From positions 2,176,001 through 2,240,000 of the forward strand of contig CBDCNP010000002.1 of assembly GCA_965219415.1 (NCBI GenBank): a stretch of 64,000 nt of DNA. Reading direction: 5' to 3'. The translations under genes were made by a program, and so were the position numbers. This document shows, in pieces, positions 9,406 through 18,660 of this stretch (the stretch's first letter is position 1; every line of letters begins with the position of its first letter). Source of the DNA: Candidatus Marinacidobacterales bacterium (GTDB lineage Bacteria; Acidobacteriota; Vicinamibacteria; Marinacidobacterales; DATDRI01). Under the pieces are notes generated by a model. It had not been told where the DNA came from. It ran no database searches and saw only the letters and a list, made by a program, of their open reading frames with translations.

Positions 9406-11282
9406 GTTATGAGCTCGCCCGGACAAGGCATGTTCTCCGGGGCAATGGTTTCCAGAAGCGGTTTCGGGACCTCGACCCGACACCGCAAGAGCGCCTGGCT
9501 ATAGGTCTTGCCTTGCGGATCCATGTAGAGACTGACCGTCCCTCCGCCGCCGAGCGATTCATCCAGCAAGAAATTCAGAGCCCAGAGGTTGGGGACCAAG
9601 TAACGGTGCACCTCGCCGCGCGCGATGCTCTCGAACCATTTCTTGATGCGCTCGGCGGTAACGTTCTCTCGCAACCAAACATAGCACTCCGGACTCCTGC
9701 CAATGAGGCCGATGTTGGCGGTATCTCCCTTGTCACCGCTCCGGGCATGAGCGATTTGCATGAGTGGTACCTCGATCGTTGCCGCATCATCCCACTTCTC
9801 GATAAGGCTCCGAGCAAACGGATCTTCGGGCGCGACACCAGCTTCTCCCGTGCCACCCGTTTTCGGCCAGGCCAGATCCTTGTGCTCCGCCTCGACCTGC
9901 AACTTAGGGCGCTCTTTCTCCTGCACGCAGATGGTCACCGAGGGAAGTGCACACTCTTGCGGAATCAAAGCCGGCCAATAGCGAACGACATCCGAGATCG
10001 CGGGAGCGCCGCCGGTAACGGCGACGCCCGAGGGACCGCTAAGAATCAAGCTGGGGAGAAGCTTGCGGAACATCGCCAGCTTTTGCCGTTCGTGATCCCG
10101 GGCGGATAGGCGCAGCAAGATCTCGGTGGGCTCGTGAGACGGAGTCAGGTCGCGGTGCGTGCTGTCGTCCCCGACAAGATCGGTATGCCTGCCCTCGAGC
10201 GGCGAGACCCCGGCGCGCGTCAGCTCGGCCTCGAGCCGGCGCCAGAATATCTCGGCGAACGCCTTGGCTTTGGCTCTCGCGTCGGGCCCGGAGATGATGA
10301 TCATGCCGCTCGCTTTGAACCCGTCCGCCAAGGACACACTCACCTTGAGCAGGTCGGTCGGCTTCGTACCTCGGACCCCGGAGACCCGAACGCGCTCGGC
10401 GCCCGCTTGCTCGAGTTGGATCCCGGTGAAGTCGGCGATCACATCGGGAGTGAGATAGGCCTGGGGATGTCCCATCTCGTAAAGGAGCTGCTCCCGGATG
10501 GTCTGGCACGTCACGAGACCGCCCGAACCGGGGTGTTTCGTGATCACAAACGATCCGTCCGGCTCGATCTCTAGAATCGGAAACCCGACATCCTGGAAGC
10601 TCGGGACCTTGCACCAATCGGTGAAGTTCCCGCCCGTGGCCTGCGCCCCGCACTCGATGATATGTCCGCCAACGATCCCGTGTGCCAACTTGTCGTAGTC
10701 GTCCATCGACCAGCCGAACTCGTGAATCAACGCACCGAGTGTGATCCCGGTGTCGCTCACCCGTCCCGAGAGAACGATGTGCGGGTCGGCGGTGAGCGCC
10801 TTGACCACCGGTAAGGCTCCGAAGTAGGCATTCGCGGAAAGAACACTCGCCGTGTAGTCGCCCAGTTCCTCGCCGGTCTCCATGTTCCTCAGATCGACGC
10901 CCTGCTCTCGCAGCTCGGAGAGCCGGGGCACAATGTTGTCTCCTTCGATGACGGCCACCTTGAGTGTCAGGCCGCGGGCGCGCGCCGCCGTAAAAAGCGC
11001 TTCCGCACAGGCCGAGGGATTGACACCACCCGCATTGGTGATGATCTTGATCTTGCGAGCAACTACATCTTCGAGGAGCGGCTCGACCTGAGTAATGAAG
11101 TCGGGCGCGTAGCCGGCGTTCGGATCACGAGCCAACTGCTTCTGCATGATGCTCATCGTGATCTCGGCCAGGAAATCGATCGAAATGTAGTTGACTGGAA
11201 GTTCACCTTCCACTTGCCTTCTGAGCGCGTAGGGATCGTCGCCCCAGTAGCCTCCTGCGTTGGCGATGCGAACGATAGCCAC
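9402..11282 (-). CDS. Acyclic terpene utilization AtuA-family (DUF1446) protein
   Basis: VRIANAGGYWGD, DFLAEITMS, ITNAGGVNP, GHIIECGAQATGGNF, QLLYE, C-terminal AHARSGDKGDTANIG. True start is GTG at 11282; the track's N-terminal 248 aa are a shadow of the neighbouring gene. Confidence 0.88.
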   Translation of the reverse strand: MAIVRIANAGGYWGDDPYALRRQVEGELPVNYISIDFLAEITMSIMQKQLARDPNAGYAPDFITQVEPLLEDVVARKIKIITNAGGVNPSACAEALFTAARARGLTLKVAVIEGDNIVPRLSELREQGVDLRNMETGEELGDYTASVLSANAYFGALPVVKALTADPHIVLSGRVSDTGITLGALIHEFGWSMDDYDKLAHGIVGGHIIECGAQATGGNFTDWCKVPSFQDVGFPILEIEPDGSFVITKHPGSGGLVTCQTIREQLLYEMGHPQAYLTPDVIADFTGIQLEQAGAERVRVSGVRGTKPTDLLKVSVSLADGFKASGMIIISGPDARAKAKAFAEIFWRRLEAELTRAGVSPLEGRHTDLVGDDSTHRDLTPSHEPTEILLRLSARDHERQKLAMFRKLLPSLILSGPSGVAVTGGAPAISDVVRYWPALIPQECALPSVTICVQEKERPKLQVEAEHKDLAWPKTGGTGEAGVAPEDPFARSLIEKWDDAATIEVPLMQIAHARSGDKGDTANIGLIGRSPECYVWLRENVTAERIKKWFESIARGEVHRYLVPNLWALNFLLDESLGGGGTVSLYMDPQGKTYSQALLRCRVEVPKPLLETIAPENMPCPGELIT

Positions 11283-11293
11283 TTGTGATTTGC

Positions 11294-12904
11294 CTACATT
11301 CGAAAGACGCCGACCTTCGTTTCCTCGAGAGGAGCATTCAAGACGGTAGCTAGGCTCAACGCCAAAACGGTCCGAGTCGCCTTCATATCGACGACACCAT
11401 CGTCCCAAAGGCGCGCCGATGCATAGTAAGGGTGTCCTTCCTTTTCGTACTTCTCCAAGATTGGCGCAGTTATTTTCTCCGCTTCTTTCGCGCTCAGGGT
11501 CTTGCCTCGCCGCTCGCGTTGATCTCGCTTGACGGTAAGCAACACTTGGGCGGCTTGCTCGCCTCCCATCACGGAAATACGGCTTCCCGGCCAGGTCCAG
11601 AGGAATCGTGGCTCGTAGGCTCGGCCAGCCATTCCGTAGTTTCCCGCTCCGAAACTGCCACCCAAGATCATGGTGATCTTCGGAACTTTGGCGGTGGCAA
11701 CCGCGTGAACCATCTTCGCTCCGTCCTTCGCGATACCACCTCGCTCGTACTGAGCCCCTACCATGAAGCCAGTGATGTTCTGGAGGAAAAGAAGAGGGAT
11801 CTTCTCGGCGGTACAAAGCTCGATGAAGTGCGTCACCTTGAGTGCGCTCTCGCTGAACAGGACTCCGTTGTTCGCGATGATTCCACAGGGCATCCCTTCG
11901 ATATGTGCGAAACCGGTAACCACCGTGGAACCGTAGCGCTCCTTGAACTCGAAGAGACGACTGCCGTCCACGATGCGCGCAAGGACCTCGCGGATATCGA
12001 CCTGGCGGTGCAGGTCCTTTGGCCAAATCCCTAGAAGCTCTTCCGGTTCGTAGGCGGGAGGTTCGGGTGACTTGAGATCCACCACCGCCTGCGAACGTTG
12101 CCCCAAGTGGAAAACGATGTCTCGCATCACCTCGAGCGCGTGGGCATCGTCCACCGCGAAATGATCGGCCACGCCACTGAGCTCAGTGTGAACGTGCGCG
12201 CCGCCGAGTTCTTCGGCGGAAACGTCTTCACCGGTGGCGGCCTTCACCAAAGGTGGACCTGCCAGGAAAATAGTTCCCGTCTTGTTGACGATGACCGCCT
12301 GATCGCTCATCGCCGGGACATAGGCCCCGCCGGCGGTGCACATCCCCATGACGGCTGAGAGTTGGGGAACACCGGCCGCGCTCAGGACCGCTTGGTTGTA
12401 GAAGATGCGGCCGAAGTGTTCTTTGTCCGGAAAAACCTCCGCTTGCAGGGGCAGGAAGGCTCCGCCGCTGTCTACCAAATAGATGCAAGGCAAGCGATTC
12501 TGAAGCGCGATCTCCTGCGCTCGGAGATGCTTTTTCACAGTGATCGGATAGTAAGTACCCCCCTTCACCGTGGCGTCGTTCGCGACCACCATGCACTGGC
12601 GCCCGTGAACCATGCCGACGCCGACCACGACGCCGCCCGCTGGCGCTGGGTCGTCGTCGTAAACCTGGTAGCCGGCCATGGGCCCAATCTCCAAGAAAGG
12701 TGCCCCTTCGTCGCACAGAGTGGCGACCCGATCGCGGACGAACATTTTCTTTTGTTCACGGTGCCGGGCGTGGGCTTTTTCATCACCGCCCTTTCGAACC
12801 ACGGCGAGCTTCTCCGCGAGATCATCCGATAGTGCCAAGTTGTGCTCGAGGTTCTTCTTGTACTCGTCGCTTTTCATGCTCACCTGGCTCTTGATAAAGC
12901 CCAC
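11294..12904 (-). CDS. Carboxyltransferase subunit (3-methylcrotonyl-CoA carboxylase beta-like)
   Basis: [76 protein letters not shown]. Start likely GTG 12904. Confidence 0.9.
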   Translation of the reverse strand: MGFIKSQVSMKSDEYKKNLEHNLALSDDLAEKLAVVRKGGDEKAHARHREQKKMFVRDRVATLCDEGAPFLEIGPMAGYQVYDDDPAPAGGVVVGVGMVHGRQCMVVANDATVKGGTYYPITVKKHLRAQEIALQNRLPCIYLVDSGGAFLPLQAEVFPDKEHFGRIFYNQAVLSAAGVPQLSAVMGMCTAGGAYVPAMSDQAVIVNKTGTIFLAGPPLVKAATGEDVSAEELGGAHVHTELSGVADHFAVDDAHALEVMRDIVFHLGQRSQAVVDLKSPEPPAYEPEELLGIWPKDLHRQVDIREVLARIVDGSRLFEFKERYGSTVVTGFAHIEGMPCGIIANNGVLFSESALKVTHFIELCTAEKIPLLFLQNITGFMVGAQYERGGIAKDGAKMVHAVATAKVPKITMILGGSFGAGNYGMAGRAYEPRFLWTWPGSRISVMGGEQAAQVLLTVKRDQRERRGKTLSAKEAEKITAPILEKYEKEGHPYYASARLWDDGVVDMKATRTVLALSLATVLNAPLEETKVGVFRM

Positions 12905-12975
12905 GTTTCGGGACCTCCTTTTTCCGCTCAGGATCCTACAACGTCGCACCAAAAGAATGGCAGTGGGTGGCCAGG

Positions 12976-14295
12976 CTATCGGATTGCCCTGTCGACCGCT
13001 CTCCGAAAGTCATCGTCGACTCTCGCCAGCTGATTGGGCCACAGTTGAGCCATGAAGATCCCGATGACTTCGAGTTCCGGATCGATCCAGAACGACGTGA
13101 AGAAGAAGCCGCCCCAACCGAACGCCCCGGCTGTATCTGCTGTCTCGACGGACACCCCGAATCCATACTTCCCGTCCCCGATGCTCAGCTCTCCGATCTG
13201 GTTTGCGGTCATCTCTCGCACGGTCTCCGGCTTCAGCAAGCGCACGCCGGTCAGCTCCCCCCGGTTGAGGAGCATCTGGCAAAAACGATAGTAGTCGTCG
13301 ACGGTGGAGACCAGACCAGCCCCACCCGAGAAATAGGTTTGCGGCCCCTGATAGTGATAGCTGGTGGAAAAGACCACTGCGCCTTCTGCGATTGGCCCTG
13401 CCAGGAGCTCGCGAAGGCCACCGCCCCTTCGAGGTCGGTAGACGGACGCCAGCCGAGAAACTTTTTCTTCAGGTAGGAAAAAGTAGGAGTCTTTCATTCC
13501 CAGCGGTAGAAAAATGTCTTCTTCGAAGAACTCCGCGAGCGTCCTTCCCGACGCAACCTCCACCAAGCGTCCCAGCACATCCGTCGATAGCCCGTACTTC
13601 CACGCGGTCCCCGGTTCATGAAGAAGCGGCTGCTTCGCTAGCCTCCGGATTCCCGGCCCGATGGTTCCCTCGGTCTGCACCAATCCATCGGAGATTTCTG
13701 CTTCAGCATATAGACGTGTGAATGGCTGAACCCCCGAAAAACCATAGCTAATGCCGGAAGTATGAGTAAGAAGGTGGCGAATCGTGATCTCGCGTGATGC
13801 CGGGACGCGCTCGAACGCTCGGGGGCTGCTCGTTGCATGAACGACAATCTCCGGGTGCTCGAACTCTGGTATGAAGCGCGCGATGGGGTCATCGAGCTGG
13901 AAACTGCCCTCTTCATGAAGCATCAAGACCGCCACGCTGGTAATCGGCTTGGTCATCGAGGCGATCCGGAAGATGGTGTCTTCGCGCATCGGAGCATCGT
14001 CGGCTATATCCTTCCAACCGAACGCCTCTCGAAAGACGACCCTTCCACCCACTGCGATCAAACCGACCGCCCCAGCGATGTCTTCTCGGTCGACCGCTTT
14101 ACTTAAAACCTCGCGCGCCGCCTCGAAGGTGTAGCGCGGAATGACGCGAGTCGAGGGACCGGCAACTTCGGAAGAGGGCACCTGACAGGAAAGACAGGCC
14201 TGACAGAAAAGACAGAAAAGACCAAGAGCGAGAGAAGCCCGCAACTCGCCCCGATGCGGATCGAATAGGGCCTTCACCTCGCGAATTCCCTCCAC
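12976..14295 (-). CDS. Serine hydrolase, beta-lactamase/class C-like, probably exported
   Basis: FRIASMTK (SxxK), LLTHTSG, WKYG, FGWGG. Hydrophobic Cys-containing N-terminus. Exact start uncertain. Confidence 0.85.
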   Translation of the reverse strand: MEGIREVKALFDPHRGELRASLALGLFCLFCQACLSCQVPSSEVAGPSTRVIPRYTFEAAREVLSKAVDREDIAGAVGLIAVGGRVVFREAFGWKDIADDAPMREDTIFRIASMTKPITSVAVLMLHEEGSFQLDDPIARFIPEFEHPEIVVHATSSPRAFERVPASREITIRHLLTHTSGISYGFSGVQPFTRLYAEAEISDGLVQTEGTIGPGIRRLAKQPLLHEPGTAWKYGLSTDVLGRLVEVASGRTLAEFFEEDIFLPLGMKDSYFFLPEEKVSRLASVYRPRRGGGLRELLAGPIAEGAVVFSTSYHYQGPQTYFSGGAGLVSTVDDYYRFCQMLLNRGELTGVRLLKPETVREMTANQIGELSIGDGKYGFGVSVETADTAGAFGWGGFFFTSFWIDPELEVIGIFMAQLWPNQLARVDDDFRRAVDRAIR

Positions 14296-14314
14296 GGCCT
14301 TGGCGGCCTTGCGA

Positions 14315-16177
14315 TCAAGCTGCCGGATAGGAGCCTAGAACCTTGAGCTTCTCCGTCGAGTCGGGGAGCGAATCCAGAAGCTTGCGGACTCCGGGCGTTT
14401 CGACCTTACCTTCGAAGTCCATGTAGAACATGTACTCCCACGGTCGGCCCGGAATCGGGCGGGACTCCAGTTTGATCAAGTTGACCTCACACTCGGTGGC
14501 AAGTTTCAACACTGCGAAGAGTGCGCCCGGCTCGTTGGGCGTTGTGAATACGACCGACGTCTTGTCGCACTTCTCGTGCACCTGCGCTTCCTTGGCGATC
14601 ACCACGAAGCGCGTGTAGTTTTGCGGGTTATCCTCTACCGCTTCCGCGAGCACGTCGACGTCATAGATCTTGGCCGCCTGGAGGGAAGCTAGGGCTGCGG
14701 TATCGGTGGCACCTTCGTCGCAGATGAGCTTCACCGACCCCGCGGTGTCGTAGGTCTGGAAGACCGTCCAGTCCGGGTGGTCCCGTAGAAAACGATCGCA
14801 TTGCGCGAGAGCCTGCGGGTGCCCGTAGAGTTTCTTGATGTCTTCCTTTTGGACTCCACGGTTGGCCAGGAGATTGTGGGAGACCCGCAGCTTGATTTCA
14901 CCGACGATCGCCAGTTCGAACTCCAGTAGTAAGTCGTAGTTCTGATTGATGGACCCTGCCAATGAGTTCTCGATGGGGACGATCCCGAAGGCCGCTTCAC
15001 CGGAATCCACCTTCTCGAACACATCGCGAAACGCGGGGTAGCCTTTGGGCAATATGTCCCCGAAGTAGGCGAACGCTGCCATCTCACTGAACGCGCCGGG
15101 TTCACCCTGATACGCGGCGTCCACTTTCGGCGACGTGGGCCCAGACCTTTTCTTGGGATGCCGCCATGACAACTCGAGCTCGCGTCCCACTACCGGCGCC
15201 ATCGATTGGAGCGCCTTCAGTAGTCGATCGAGATCCGGAAGGGTCAAGGATTGAGCGCCGTCCGAAAGCGCCTTCTCCGGCTCGGGATGCACTTCAACGA
15301 GAAGACCGTCGGCACCGGCCCCCATCGCGGCGAGCGACATCGGTAAGACGTAGCGGCGCACTCCCGTCCCGTGGCTCGGGTCAACGATCACCGGCAGGTG
15401 TGTCAGTTCTTTCAAAACCGGAACGGCATTGAGATCGAGCGTGTTCCGCGTCTTGGTTTCGAAAGTTCGGATGCCACGCTCACACAGGATGACTTTCTGA
15501 TTGCGGCCGACGATATACTCGGCGCTCATGAGCCACTCGTCGATAGTCGCGGCTAAACCTCGCTTCAAGATGATGGGTTTGTCGATCTCCGCTACTGCCT
15601 TCAGAAGATCGAAGTTTTGCATATTGCGGGTACCGATTTGGAGTATGTCGGCGTAGCGGGCAACCAAGTCGACCTTGTCAGCGGTCATGACTTCGGTCAC
15701 CACCAACATGCCGGTGAGCTCGCGGGCTTCTGCCAATAGTTTCAGCCCCTCTTCGCCCATGCCCTGAAACGAGTAGGGTGACGTCCGCGGTTTGAAGGCG
15801 CCACCTCGCAAGACGTTGACCCCCATCTCGGAAAGCTTGATGGCGGTGTCGAGCAGGGTATCGCGGCTCTCGACCGCGCAAGGCCCTGCCATGACGAGGA
15901 ACTTGGGGCCGCCAACCAAACAATCGCCGATCTGAACTTGCGGCTTAAACCCGGACTCGCGCGATGCGATCTTGTAGGGTTTCGAGACCCGAAGGACCTC
16001 TAGCACCGCGGGATGATTCTCGAGCTCGTCACCGGTGAATTGGATCGCTCCGATTACCGCGATCACCGAGCGCTCCTCGCCTCGGATGACCGTGGTGTCG
16101 GTGTCGCGGTCACGGAGCCAGTCCTGAAGATTCTTGATCTCCCGTGGCGATGCGTCTTGTCGTAAAACGATAATCAT
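14315..16177 (-). CDS. aroF-pheA: Fused type I-beta DAHP synthase (with N-terminal regulatory domain) and prephenate dehydratase-ACT
   Basis: N half: [53 protein letters not shown] half: [42 protein letters not shown]. Single uninterrupted 620-aa ORF. Confidence 0.93.
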   Translation of the reverse strand: MIIVLRQDASPREIKNLQDWLRDRDTDTTVIRGEERSVIAVIGAIQFTGDELENHPAVLEVLRVSKPYKIASRESGFKPQVQIGDCLVGGPKFLVMAGPCAVESRDTLLDTAIKLSEMGVNVLRGGAFKPRTSPYSFQGMGEEGLKLLAEARELTGMLVVTEVMTADKVDLVARYADILQIGTRNMQNFDLLKAVAEIDKPIILKRGLAATIDEWLMSAEYIVGRNQKVILCERGIRTFETKTRNTLDLNAVPVLKELTHLPVIVDPSHGTGVRRYVLPMSLAAMGAGADGLLVEVHPEPEKALSDGAQSLTLPDLDRLLKALQSMAPVVGRELELSWRHPKKRSGPTSPKVDAAYQGEPGAFSEMAAFAYFGDILPKGYPAFRDVFEKVDSGEAAFGIVPIENSLAGSINQNYDLLLEFELAIVGEIKLRVSHNLLANRGVQKEDIKKLYGHPQALAQCDRFLRDHPDWTVFQTYDTAGSVKLICDEGATDTAALASLQAAKIYDVDVLAEAVEDNPQNYTRFVVIAKEAQVHEKCDKTSVVFTTPNEPGALFAVLKLATECEVNLIKLESRPIPGRPWEYMFYMDFEGKVETPGVRKLLDSLPDSTEKLKVLGSYPAA

Positions 16178-16225
16178 AGATACCTACCCAAATGACAGAA
16201 GCGGCTGGGGAAAAAGTGTGCGCCG

Positions 16226-16276
16226 CTAGGCGCTAAAAAAACGGCGGGAAATGAAGGGATGCCGGTTAGACATCAT
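16226..16276 (-). CDS. Putative Phe-sensing leader peptide MMSNRHPFISRRFFSA
   Basis: 17-codon ORF ATG ATG TCT AAC CGG CAT CCC TTC ATT TCC CGC CGT TTT TTT AGC GCC TAG, located between a sigma70-like promoter and aroF-pheA. Three Phe codons, two of them tandem near the stop. Confidence 0.6.
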   Translation of the reverse strand: MMSNRHPFISRRFFSA

Positions 16277-16285
16277 AACCCGCGA

Positions 16286-16314
16286 AGTGTATCAGCCGCC
16301 GAGCCAGAGGTCAA
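16286..16314 (-). promoter_or_regulatory. sigma70-like promoter for leader-aroF-pheA
   Basis: TTGACC-17 bp-TACACT with an extended -10 TG, ending 9 nt before the leader ATG. Confidence 0.6.
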
Positions 16315-16384
16315 GGGAAAGACTGTAATCGCGCCTACTTGTTTGGAGGTCACTTCCTTGCTATGCTGCGCGTTCTTCAACACC

Positions 16385-17165
16385 ATGCTGGCGCGCCGAT
16401 TCCTCCTCGCTGTCATCTTGCAGCTTGGTTTTGTCGGGATCGTTTCCCCGCAGTCCACTCGCCCGCAACCCACCCACGACGACTCCTGGCGGGCCCCCGC
16501 TAGCCAACCGCAATCAGTTTCCTCCCGCTTTTTTGTTCATCGCCCTCGAACCCGAGAGGGCCACCGTGCTGTCCAAAGGAGAGAGGCGCCTTTTCGTCAA
16601 CGTCGATTACTCCAACATCCTAGTACTGCAAGATACGATGAACGAAGACCTCGAAGTCGATCTCGAGTCGCTCAGGGTGAACCTCCAGGTCAAGTACGGC
16701 CTGGGGTGGGACTTCGAGATTGCCGCCGCCTTACAGATCTATTCGATTCACGCTGGATTCTTGGATCCCTTCATTTCCTCTTACCACAACGCTCTCAACC
16801 TTCCGAACAAGGTCCGAGATCGTGAACCGAATAACTTTCTCAGATATCGCTGGCAGATCGATGACCGGATCGTCACCGAGCAAACAGAAGGGTTTTCAGC
16901 GCTCGGCGATCTGACGCTACAGGTGAAACGAGCCGTCACGTGGAAAAAACTAGAAGCGACCGAGCTGGCGGTGAAAGCGGGTTTGAAATTGCCGACCGGT
17001 AGTCGGGATCGCTTCGTTTTCGAGTGGCGCTTGGCAGAGGATCTTTCCTCCAGCGCGCCGGATTTCACCATCGGCTTTCAAGTCACCTACAACTGGAAGC
17101 GCGCCAAGAAAACGGAGGGGATCAGTCCTTTTCCAAAAGTGCCGCCGCCAGGAGAGGAACCATGA
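16385..17165 (+). pseudogene. DUF3187-like exported/outer-membrane protein, frameshifted and apparently internally shortened
   Basis: Signal peptide MLARRFLLAVILQLGF from ATG 16385 is in a different frame from PLANRNQFPPAFLF...GFLDPFISSYHNAL...LGDLTL...LKLPTG...EDL..APDFT. The shift falls near the GGGCCCCC run at ~16495. Confidence 0.55.
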
Positions 17166-18072
17166 TCTCGTGGTGCCCCACGATCTCGTAGCCACGACCG
17201 GAGCCGGAAACTGGCCGCTCTACGACGTTCTTGCGCGGGCGGTAATGGCGCAAGAAATCGAAGCTCGCGGTCGAAAAGTTCGAGAGAGGATGCCCCAGGT
17301 TGCGAACCACACTCACCGCCTTGAGGAAGACTTCGGGCAAGACCACTGCCGAGCCCAGGTTCAAGTAAACCCCACCGTCATCGAGTTTTTGGACCATGGC
17401 GGCGAGTAGCTTGAAGTCATGCAAGCTCCCTCTCCCAATGAGGTCGCCCGACGCCTGCGGATGCATGTGAATGATGTCGGTACCGACTGCGACGTGAACG
17501 GTCACCGGAATGGACAAACGGTACCCGGCCCAAATCAAGCTGAGATTCATGAACTGAGGCTGGTGATGTTCCACGAACGCTCCGATCGCCTCGCCGATGC
17601 CCGCCCCCTGCGAAACACCCTCCTCGATGGCCCGATTGAGGAGCGAACCGGTCTCTTCGGCCATACCAAAATCGCCGGACCCTAGGCCTTCCTCCACCTC
17701 TTCCGACGTCTGTCCCACCAAGGCCATCTCGAAATCGTGAATGATGCCAGCCCCATTGAGAGCCAAACCACTGACGTAGCCTTGTTCCATGAGATGAATG
17801 ATGAGTGGCGAGAGACCCACCTTGATGACGTGCGCACCGACTCCCCAGATCAGCCCGCGCTTTCGATCGCGAGCCGCCTTCATGGAACGGACCAGCTCTT
17901 TCAGATCGCGAGCCGCAAGGACTCCGGGCAAGCCATCCCAAAACTCACGAAAGCTTTGGCCGGCCTTGGGGACCGCACCCAGGTCATCCATCCCCACCTT
18001 GCTCTTACGCGACTTGAGTGGGTAGGTGCGGAGACCCGATAAGTCCAGCGGATCGACGGGGTAGTTCGGCAT
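17122..18072 (-). CDS. Deoxyhypusine-synthase-like fold protein of unknown function (GSU2086-like)
   Basis: LRTYPLKSRKSKV, GAHVIKVGLSP, NGAGIIHDFE, FGMAEETG, TVHVAVGTDIIHMHP, NLGSAVVLPEVFLKA, GHHEIM. ATG 18072 overlaps the gmhA stop (TGATG). Confidence 0.7.
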   Translation of the reverse strand: MPNYPVDPLDLSGLRTYPLKSRKSKVGMDDLGAVPKAGQSFREFWDGLPGVLAARDLKELVRSMKAARDRKRGLIWGVGAHVIKVGLSPLIIHLMEQGYVSGLALNGAGIIHDFEMALVGQTSEEVEEGLGSGDFGMAEETGSLLNRAIEEGVSQGAGIGEAIGAFVEHHQPQFMNLSLIWAGYRLSIPVTVHVAVGTDIIHMHPQASGDLIGRGSLHDFKLLAAMVQKLDDGGVYLNLGSAVVLPEVFLKAVSVVRNLGHPLSNFSTASFDFLRHYRPRKNVVERPVSGSGRGYEIVGHHEIMVPLLAAALLEKD

Positions 18073-18653
18073 CAAGCGTCCCGATGAAAAAGCTCTTCCT
18101 CGATAGCCTGACAAAGCAGGTGAATGATCATCGAGTGAACTTCTTGAATACGGGACGTCTCTTGATGGGAAACGACCAGACAGATGTCAACTTCGTCAGC
18201 CATCGTGCCTCCGTCCCGCCCGGTAAGCCCAATGGTTTTCAGTTTCTTCTCTCGACAGGCGGCGACCGCTTCCAAGACGTTGGGGGAGGTCCCGCTGGTG
18301 CTGATGGCTAGCGCCACGTCTCCCGCTGCACCGAGTGCCTCTACCTGACGGCGAAACACCATTCGGAAATCACTGTCATTGGCCACGCTAGTCAGAATGG
18401 ACGAGTCGGTAGTCAGAGCGATAGCGGGAAGGGCCGGGCGATCGAAGCTGAATCGATTGACCAGCTCTGAAGAAAAATGTTGGGCATCCGCGGCGCTGCC
18501 ACCGTTTCCGAAGGCGAGGACCTTCTTGCCGGAGCGGAGCGCGGCAGCCATAGCCTGTCCGGCTTCGAGCACCCGATCCGTTTCGTCCTCGAAGAATGAT
18601 CGCTTGAGAGCTAGGCTCTCCTCGACGATGTATCGCAGTTCATCCCTATTCAC
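18072..18653 (-). CDS. gmhA: D-sedoheptulose 7-phosphate isomerase
   Basis: FGNGGSAADAQH, ALTTDSS, NDSDF..VF.RQVEAL, ISTSGTSPNV, TSRIQEVH. Start GTG 18653. Confidence 0.88.
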   Translation of the reverse strand: MNRDELRYIVEESLALKRSFFEDETDRVLEAGQAMAAALRSGKKVLAFGNGGSAADAQHFSSELVNRFSFDRPALPAIALTTDSSILTSVANDSDFRMVFRRQVEALGAAGDVALAISTSGTSPNVLEAVAACREKKLKTIGLTGRDGGTMADEVDICLVVSHQETSRIQEVHSMIIHLLCQAIEEELFHRDA

Positions 18654-18660
18654 GGCGCGA

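Noticed and set aside
11283-12026. 874-aa ORF suggesting a long N-terminal extension on AtuA
   Set aside because: The extension is an alternative frame of the carboxyltransferase gene. AtuA homology begins at GTG 11282.
14181-14230. GACAG(A/G)AAA short repeats
   Set aside because: They encode the [13 protein letters not shown] signal region of the serine hydrolase. Too short and irregular to call a functional repeat.
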